From Catajapyx aquilonaris (taxonomy: Eukaryota), in the NCBI GenBank assembly GCA_000934665.2, contig KZ538374.1:57209-77208 (forward strand): a DNA stretch of 20,000 nucleotides, in the 5' to 3' direction. Shown here piece after piece: positions 1-10,000 of this stretch; position 1 is the first letter of the stretch, and each line of letters starts with the position of its first letter. The notes beneath the pieces were generated by a model that did not search any database, was not told where the DNA came from, and saw only the letters and a list, made by a program, of their open reading frames with translations. The translations under genes were made by a program, and so were the position numbers.

Positions 1-905
1 GAATACCATAAAACAATCTACACATGTCAGTCTTACAACGTATCACATTACTCTGGAAATAGCAGCATGCCAGCATAAAGGCTGTTGCACAAACTCAGCA
101 TTCCGAGAGAGGGGCGTGTGGGCGTCCTGCTCATTGCACACAGAATGTCCACCTGGTTGGATGCCAGTGCAATGCCAGCACTCGGCCATTGCATGCAACG
201 TTTGTGAATAGCCCCACTCAAGTTTTTTGTGCTCCATGTGCCCCACTCTCGCAATGCCGTGTTTGTGAAGCATCCTTAATATGAGGTTGATCATATAGCT
301 TTCCTGGGTGGCTGGTATAATGTGGAGAAATTTTAGTAATTTCCGTCTTCCTTGAAACATGATTAAATTTTTAATTATGACTGATATTAAATGTCTACAA
401 TAAACTTGTGGGGAACAGCAAAACAAATTGCATGTTACAAGTTGCATAAATGTGAATTCATGCTTGTTAATAATACTTGAACCTTGCTCAGAAAGTGGAC
501 AGGAGGGTCACTTTTTAACAGAAAAGTTAAGTGGTTTACAGGAGCATGGAGCCCTCACAAATGGTCATTGACTGAAGGAGGGAAAATTGGCACATTTCTA
601 TACTCCTTCTCCTTGACCGCCTGGAAAGAAATTATTGTTTCCATGTGATATATTATTTGCTTATAAAATGTAGACAAAATTTTACTACACCAGCACACCG
701 GTGTAGCCACCAGATGTACATTTTCTAAAATCTGGTCACCCCCTCCACCTTGCTGTTACTGTACTATTTCTTGGGTAATGTGGTGTTCAGTGAAAATTAA
801 CTTAATGTTGAGGAAATGATAGTAAACAACAGATTCAGTATCGTAATTACTGTATAACAATTTAAGATTGGTGTCCTGAAATTCATTTTGTGTCCTTTTC
901 CACAG

Positions 906-1067
906 TCATGTGAATGGGCACATGAATGGTGCATGTCACAGTCCATCTCCAGATGCTCCTTCTGAAAGTCTAGCAGGAGGAAATGTGGACTTATCTGAAT
1001 TTGGCTATCCTAACATTGGTGAGAGAGCTGAGGATGAGAAGACCACATACAGTCATGGGCCTCCAAG
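906..1067 (+). CDS. Myo10A: Myosin XV exon (HVNGHMNG...SHGPP[R])
   Basis: ttttccacag acceptor, AAG|gtaggt donor, open frame; phase 2 joins the next exon to give PPRYIK. Confidence 0.8.
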
Positions 1068-4000
1068 GTAGGTAGCTCCTATGAGGGAGTGACCATTATC
1101 ATACTGAAAAATGATTTTATTTCCATCAGGTACATAAAAGCCCAAAATGCCAGCAAAAAATCAGCAGCAGGCAGTCACTCCAGTCGTGCATATATTGAAA
1201 CTCGTTATTCTGAGAAGTCTGAATATGGAGGAACCAAGTCATCTGCTTTGTCTGATACCAGCGAAGCACCATCTCTTGGTAATAATAAACAGTCATAGGC
1301 ATTGCCAGTGCAAAATACTTAGTGTATCTTTTTCAGCCTCACATGTTAGGAGGGTACGAGTACCATCTCAAGCATCAGATGTGGACCAATTCTTGGATGA
1401 CTTGTTTATGCCTGTCCTAGATGGCAACCTTGATGAACTTTCAGATGCTCGATCCCTTGCAGCCTCAATCAAAGGTGGTGGGGATAGGAATGATAGGGAG
1501 GAACCTGTAGACTATAATGAATGGGATCCATCAGACTTGTAAGTGGTAACCATTTTCATCATGCCTTCTGGGTAAATAGAAAACCTTTGCACAAAAGGCT
1601 ACTTTGCAGGAGAGGGAAGAGACTGCTCAATTTTTGTAAAGCAAGCCATCACATAGAGATTTTGCCATGACATACACTGTATACCAGTACCCTTTTTTGT
1701 GCTAAGAATTATGAAACCAAAAATGTACATGGCAGGTTTTTAATTTACACTGTCAAAGTAAAGTACTAGTTGTGACATTTGTAACAAAAGTGCAGGTTAT
1801 AAGTTAAATCATTAATGAAACTTTTTTTTTGCAGGGTTTCCATTGATATTAATGACTGCATTTCTGATCTCTGTGGAGAGTTATTTGTGGATAGTGCCAT
1901 TGCTAAGCTGACTCATGTTCAAGCCCTTGCTTCAGCCTTGAAAGGAGGTGGTAAAGGAATTGGAGGTGTAGAGGCCCAAGTAAGTATAATTTGCTGTTGC
2001 TGGATAATTTGCAATACAACTTTTCTTGAGGAAGACTAAAGCATGTTTCACAAATTCGCCGGATGGCTGAGCAGGCAGAAAGAGGGCGTTTGGGCGCAGG
2101 GCACCCGCTGAATTTGTGGGATCTCCCACCAGCTTTCCTCCTGGCACGGCAATTCTGGAGCTAGTGTCTCATTCGCTATTTTTCTGCCTGTGCCCTGCTA
2201 CCGCCCAGTATCCGTCCTCTCACTTTTCGCTGAATTTGTGAAACACGCTTAAGGCTGCAAGTGCCTCTTACATGTACCATATACGCCAAATTGTTTCATA
2301 CCCCCGGGGTATGAAACAATTTGTCGTATAGCACTATACCTAGGTATACGACAAATTGTTTCATACCCCGGGGGTATGAAACAATTTGGCGTATATAGTA
2401 CATATACAGTTCGAGAGTTTCCCAATACTCTTCCAGTTGGATAATATGAATAGTAGTGTCTTCTAATTGCAGACTATGTCGAGATAATTTACTAATCTAA
2501 ATAATTGCATTAATAATAATGTGTCATTTTGCAGGTGTCGCAAAATTCAGCAACTGGGCCATTTGGGTACACAGGTGTGAATTCTACTCCTGCAGTGTCG
2601 GGGATGGTTTCGCCACCTCCCATGATGATGCCTACAATTCCAATCTACACTCCTGGTGGTGAGTGCGAATGCCAATATTTTATAATAATTTTTTTCTCTC
2701 TGCACATTACAAGCACAGCAATGAACTGTTCATTGGTAAGGTCACAGTTAAACTGCAAGAAAATTACTATTGTAAATAGTTTCTTTGTGGCACATTGATT
2801 TATTGTCATATCGTCGCTAGGCATCGGAAATCCGCTATGTGGAGACTTTGGCTGAATGAGGTTTATAGTGGAATGTGACGAAAACCGCCATGTGCATCTG
2901 CTGTGAAAACCCGCCAAGTGTGGCAACAGCCAGAAATGAGGAAAAAAGGACCATTATCTGACCATATACGCTATGTGGAGCAATTAGTTCAAAGAAATTC
3001 AGCTATGTGGTGCGTGTTACACATAGCGGATTTGTATAGAAGTGTATAGAAGATGACAAGTTCCTTTCTCTTAGCACCGTAATGATAAAAATTATTTTAA
3101 TGTCCAACTGAACTATGAGTTAATAATTGAAATAATAATATTTTATAATTATAATTATTTATCTGTCATGAACAAAATTCAGCTATGTGGGGCATGTGAC
3201 TTGTTAAAATCCGCTATGTGTGATAATCACTAAGAAATGCGTATTATTTCCTGGAATTTCATATGAATTCTGTTTATTCTTAGTGCAATACATGCATTAT
3301 GAGAAACATGCCTTAATAAAAAAATCTGGATCACACACATGCCACTTCAAAGGTTTTAATTGGTTTTTTGTCCCTCCTGAAAAGTTGTCCTACACCCACA
3401 TAGAGGATTTCCGATGCCTAACAACGTTATTTCATTAGTTTGAGGAGGGTTACATGTAGAGTGCATGTAGATGCACAGAATATACCATACTCAGTTGCAT
3501 GTAGTGAACAAGGTAGTTAGAGAATAGCATGATGTGTATTTACAGGTTGATAGCATGCCATACCAGAGTGTGAGTGGCAGGGATTATTATTTACTTTGGC
3601 TAAATCTATAATTGAATACATGGTGTCCCTGATGGACTATTCTCATATCCACGGGAAGTGACCTGTCCAGCTGGAAGAAAGCCTATTTGTGACCACCGAG
3701 TTCAACAATGTGTCTGGTTGCAAATAGGCTCGCTGCTGGCCAGACAAGTCAATTTTCATGAATATGAGAATAGGCCATAAAGCTGCTGCAAGATAATGCC
3801 AAATGAATTTTTTGCATCAATGTAAGATAGGATCTTGCTAAATGGTTTATGAATTAATGTTGAGGCCCCACTCAAGAAAAAATATGAGCACAGTACTGCA
3901 TTCCATAAAAGGCATCTTATCTGACAAGTCATCGTTTCTTTTCAATGTATGGTCACTGCAAGCAAGGAGAAAAGTCTTCACTTTAAAATTGTCGTTATTT

Positions 4001-7000
4001 TAGTGTTCCCTCTGGTATCCCGTGGTCATGTCAGGCAACAAACATAAGTGAAATATACAGGTTGTTCCAAGTAATATTAGTCCTTTTAGTTATAGTAAAT
4101 TTCACTCAAAGCTGTTATTTTTTTTGTAGCTTGTTGCACCCCTACACAGATGCCCTATTCTATAAAAACTGCTACATTCAACCACCTGGGAGAAATGGGG
4201 GACTTGGATTAGTGCACAACAAGCTACACAAAAAATAACTTCTTCCAAAACTTATCCAGTGTACCGGTATATTAATGATGACTGAAAATGACCCACGAAC
4301 TTGGAACACCCTGTATAGTACTGTATATATCTTTGGGTATAGCAGAAGCTCAATCAGCAATAAAAAAACAAGAATAGTATGGACCCAAAATTGCATGACT
4401 GATTATTCTGCTTATAAGGTATTGTCTTCAATTGAGATGGAATGTTTTTTATGCATCCCTCTTTTGACACCTTTTTATTTGTTTAAATATGGGATAGCAC
4501 CTTCTTCACCAAAAAAGCTACAAAGAACATACAATCAACACTATCCCACTATCCCTGTAAAAAATAATATCAGTTTCTCAGTACAGAGAGGATAAGAGGT
4601 GGGTTCTCGGAATCCTGTAAGTTATAATGGGTCTATGCATTATGCGGAACTGGATACTCTTCTGTAATTGAGCAATTAGAATAAGAAGAAAACATATTGC
4701 ATTGTATAGGAATTTTAATATTTATTTTTAGCCAACAATTCGAAGCTCTGAGTGCTTATACTGCTCATTGGGGGGAAAAGGAGTGGGCACTTTCATGCGG
4801 GAGTGAGGCAAAATGGTTATGAACCAAAGCACTTGCCGTGGTTTACATGTTTCTGAGAATTCTCAGAAAAGGGTAGTAGCACTCTGGTTTGTGTATCTTG
4901 TAGTAAGGTACTTCATTTTCTCTGTTATATCCTTCATGTATTCTGCATCGTTTTGATGTGTAGTGCACCCCCTTGGAATGACTTCTTCTGGTGTGGCATC
5001 CAATTTAAACACCTCCCAAGAACCAAATGGAGTTGGAGCTTCATTGATGTTTGGGGCTTTCAACCCAGGTGTCCCAGCAAGCTCAGGTGCAGTGGTTTAA
5101 AGTGATATAAGCTATTTGGTTGTCTGCTGCCTACTTGGTAGCTCCATTCTAACTTTTTCATTAGTGCTTATGTTATTTTTCAAATCATGATACCGTATGT
5201 TACTATTTATGATGGTCAAAAGTCCATTAAAAATCCATTTTATCTCTGCTACTTATTACATGGTCAGTAAGTTCATATATGTGATCACTGCCTTTACTTT
5301 TCATTCATGCGGAGGATTTTAGACATAGGCCATGTGAAACTGGTTTTTGTTAGAAGAATTATTCTTAGTAGTGATCCCTTAATGTGGTTACTGGTGCAGG
5401 TTGGTTATGAAATAGCATGAAAATGGTTTGGTCCAATGCAGGAGGATGACAGGTCAGGATAGGATGCATTCAGTACTGTATTTTCCCCTGCACTCATAGG
5501 AACTGCACAAAAAAAAATCCCATATTTCTGTGCCTGAGGCTAACTCATTAAATTTCTTCTATCACATGAAAGATGCTCCAGTGAGAATGAATGGTGTCTA
5601 GATTTTCTATGATAGTCATGCAACATTGACAAGGAATTAAGATGTGAGCCATATTTGACTAAAAATAATTATATTGTAGTAGCTTAAAGTAGGTGCCAAC
5701 CTCTGCTCCTCCAGACACCCTAAGCGATCTGATTGGTGGAACAGAGGGCAGGGGGACCAATCATATCACTTAGGGAATGGAGGGACAGAGGGATCAATAG
5801 AAAAACAGTTTTGAAACCCTACTGTGTATGGCTTAAACACACAGGTCGAAATATTTAGGACATAGATATCTTTTTGAGAAATTAGGCTGTGGTCACTGCA
5901 CGTGTCTGCCATCTCTGTGTACTGTACCGTGCTGTGTTAAAGATGACTTTGTTGAGGTGGTATTTTTTAGCAGCATAGGCAAATACAGTGTGTTTCAGAA
6001 TGAAGCTTACTTCCATATCAGTTGGCATGTTGCATACTGTCCTCTCTCAAGTTGGTACTCCTGTACTGTCAATTTTAGTTATCCAGAGGAACTGATCGTG
6101 CATTCCTCCACCATGCATCTCCCCCATCTTTTTCCATTCCCTCCTCAGGGTACCAACAGGACTAGGAGGCATGTGCGACATTTCACGATGATGTGAAATG
6201 CATTGTCCATGAACAATGTAACCTTATAATTTCAAAAGAAAAATCCTGATACTTTTCATTCATTGTCTTAATATTTTGCTCTACTTGTGATGAAATTATG
6301 TTTTCAATAAATGATAAATGGTGCTATTTGTGAGTAAAGGATGTGCAATGTTGAATTTTTTTTGCCATGATGAATGGGAGCCCCTGCATATGAGTGATAT
6401 TCTAGGGTAGGACTACTCAAGTAATTTGTAACAACATCAAATATCTACGTTGTCCTTGTCAATAGAGGTCCAGAGCCTCTATGAATATTCATTGTGGATG
6501 TCATAACACTGATTATCCCTGAAAAGTTGGCAGGGCAAAAATAAGACATCATATGCTCTTTATGTTCTGGGTCTTAGAAATTCAATCTGTGTAGGCTTTT
6601 ATTGGAGTTCCCTGCTGATCCTGCTGGTCCTGCTTATTGCAATGCAGGGATTTCATAAACACCTTACTTTAACTCCAGCAAAAGGAAGGAAAGCCCATCT
6701 GCAAGAAGTGTTCACAAGAACTTGTATTGTGCTCCTTTTTAATGTGTGCCTGGAAGCTGTATGGACAAAGTTGTCTTTGGCACCAGATTAAAACCATGGT
6801 CTGCTAGTTGAATAGCAATTTTCTACGGAATAAAACGAATTCATGCGACTAGGGGTGATATTACTGACTAGGAACTGATATTGATGATGTGAGATTTTCT
6901 GAAAAACCAATTTGTGTTGTTTTTAGGTTTCAGTTTGCCAACATTTCCGCTGGGGACTACAAGCACGCCAAATGTTGACCCGAATCAAGTAGTAGCTTAC

Positions 7001-10000
7001 CAGCAAAGTATCCAGAGGGCATTCATTCAATCAGCAATGGCCCAGAATATGCAAATACAGCAGCAACTATTAGCACAGAACCAAGCTCTGCAGCACCTGC
7101 TTCAACAACAAGCTGTAAGTGTGTACATCTTCATGTGGTTTGTTGTTCTTTGTGTTACAGATGTGCTGTTGACAGAGTGCATTAAACCCACCATACTATA
7201 GGAGGTAATGAGTCAGTTTGTACCTGGAGAGAAGGAGGTATAACCTTAGAAAGTGCACTGAATGTTGCACTTGCTAGTTTCCCTGAGAATTACCTCTGTA
7301 GCAGTGCCTTGCAGTGGCACTGCTCTTTTGTGTGATGTATCCTCTTTGATCGGAGTTGGAGGGAAAAAATTGTTATGAATTCTTCCTATTCGTGACAATT
7401 ATTATCCAGCCATCTAGGTAGTGATGTGCTCATCAGTGAGATATGTGATATGTAAGTCCCTAAACCATTGGTTAGGGATGTAAATAGTATGTGACTTATA
7501 ACAACTAAAAAAACATCTCTCGTGTAAGATTGAATTGCATCGGTTTGTCCTTTACTAATTTGGTGCTTCTGTACTGACTTGCTGCTTGTGATTATAATCT
7601 CAGATGCTTCTTTGCTTTAGGGGCTGCAACAACCACTGCAGGTTGCAATGGCTCCTCAACTCTCATCTTACATACATCAGATGTCTGCTATAACCTCTAA
7701 AACAAGAATGGCATCTGAAACAATTTCTGTAGGGCGAGGAGCCAAGGTATAAAACAAAGTTACTAACTTACTAATCACTATGAAATATGGTGGGGGGTCT
7801 TTATTTCTACTTACAGTAGATGCCAGCTCCTCATTAAGATTAATTTATTACCTTGTTTGCTTGCATGAAAGCCATTTATAATATTGTGCTGCAGTAGTTA
7901 ATAAGACTGACCAATCTAACTACCAAATCATGATATCCAAGTAGAGAAAAATGACTCAATAGTTGAGCTTCTCAGCATGATGAGTAACAAATTTCATAAT
8001 GAGACTCAATCTGACTATGTTCCCCTGCCATGTTGGGTATTGAAATGTCCCACACATTTTTATATTTGGCTCATGGAAGATACTGTAGTTGTGCAGCACC
8101 GGATTTCTCAATGGGAAGAGTAGGCAATTGCCTAGGGGCGGTCGCGGCCGGAAGCTGGATTATAATTTTTTGTTTAAATAAAATAAAATAAAATAAAGTA
8201 CAACAAAGGCGAGAACACACGGAAAAAATAGAATTTTTAAGTGACATGGGGGGGGGGGGGGGGGTCNGACCTCAACTGCCTTATGGCAGCTGGGGGGGAG
8301 GGGGGGAGGGGGGAGAAATCCAGCGCTGTAGTTGTGTTGATATAAAGTTATCCAAATCCTTTCTTTTGACGTTCATGTGGGTCACATTGCCCCTAACCAT
8401 ACTTTGGTTGTAGTTAGAACACCACAGTTACATTAGGCTGCATTTTAATGTTGTGCTTACCAAGTTATTTAATATTGCATGAGTATGATTTCCTAATAAT
8501 TCTGAGAATAATTGCAACTGCACTCATTCATCACTAATGACTTCAGAGTGCATTGCAGTGATACTGCCATGCATTTCTCATTGTTTCTATTTGGTTCTGA
8601 TTGTTTATTGACACCAACTCTTAATGATATGTACTCATGTCATGTGTCACCTCACACCATCCATTTATTTCTGCAGACACGATTTCCTATAGCCTAGGTC
8701 CTAGGCGAGTGGTTCCCAACCTGTGGGTCGCGACCCCCAAGGGGGCCTTTTCTGGGGGGGGGGGGGGGGGGGGGTCNGGGGTCGCATGTGGCCGCGATTA
8801 TTTTTATAAATTAATAAATTACTCGAAGTAAAAAATAAATAACATGCATTTTATAGGACATTTCTTCACGAAAAGCCTGTCTCCACCAGCCCATATTCAA
8901 CACTATTTTATTTATTTTTATTTATTTTATTTATCATACCCCGTGCTTTGGCTCCCTTAGGGGGGTGGATTACCACCATTGGATGGGACCAGGGATAGGG
9001 AAGGAAGGAAGCGGCTGTGGCCTATTTTTACGGAAACGACCCCGGAATTGTCCTGGAGGGGACCATGGAAAACCACAGAACACCATGATCAGGGTTGCCG
9101 GCCCTGGGATTCGAACCCAGGACCTCCCGATTAGCAGGCGGGCTCCTTATCCCCTACACCAACCTGCATCGGTCATATTCAACACTATAGACCAGTGGTT
9201 CCCAACCTGTGGGTCACCCGAAGCCTTTTCCGGGGGGTTCGTGCGGTGGCAGCGGTAATTTTTTACGTGCAATAAATTTTACTGAAAATTTTACCAGGAA
9301 GGTTTTTTATGTTTTAATATGTCTACAATACATTAAGGCGGTGCAGTAGCAAAAATACAGTAGGTGCGTTTCATATCGAACTTTAATTTTATTGTCGCAA
9401 AACTTGTTAATCTGGGAAAACATGAACTAGGTGCCCTGCGCAAAGGTTTGGCCTGTACAATAATACCATACTCGACATGATTGCATTGAAATTGTGGAAA
9501 TATGGCCACAGAAATGTGTCCGATTTTCACACTATTCCTGCCCCCATGTTAATAAATTATATGGGCTTTTCCAAAACGCCGTTTTCCTCTCACTTCAACT
9601 CACCTTAAAGGTCATTTCTAGGCCGAAATTGGAAAAGAGACGAACTAGTAGGTGCCCTACGCCAGATCATCTATTTTTTGGTGCAATCTCTGTGTTGATT
9701 GAACCAATTTTGCGGCCGTACAGCCACAGAAATGTAGGCAATGTCGAATCCTCCTATGTTGCATGCATAAACAAGTTTGTTGGGGTGGTCGCCAGGGGCG
9801 CCGATTGTTGTGTGAGGGATACGAGGCTCGAGGCAAGTCTCTAAGGTTCAAGTGTTGAGCTAGGCAATGGGCTGGGAATTGTTGGAGATGTGGGATGAGG
9901 ATTGGTTAACCTTCTGAGGATTGGTTAACCTTCTGAGACCTGAGGTCATTAGCACACACAAATATTAAGTTATTGCTTTCTGGAGTTTCTTACCATTTCA

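Noticed and set aside
43..447. 134-aa minus-strand ORF and overlapping 68-aa ORF
   Set aside because: No recognisable domain or splice context; probably intronic or decayed repeat sequence
2812..3426. Repeated motifs as a CRISPR-like array
   Set aside because: Eukaryotic intron; repeats are degenerate, irregularly spaced, in both orientations and enclosed by TIRs
4732..4872. Strong-looking tttttag acceptor as another myosin exon
   Set aside because: Stop codons occur in all three frames before a usable donor
8248..8780. Long poly-G runs with single N bases; possible G-quadruplexes
   Set aside because: They lie inside MITEs, and the adjacent Ns point to homopolymer sequencing uncertainty, so lengths are unreliable
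9100..9173. tRNA gene (A and B boxes on the minus strand)
   Set aside because: Continues into a SINE body and tail and is bounded by a 15-bp TSD, so it is a SINE head rather than a tRNA gene
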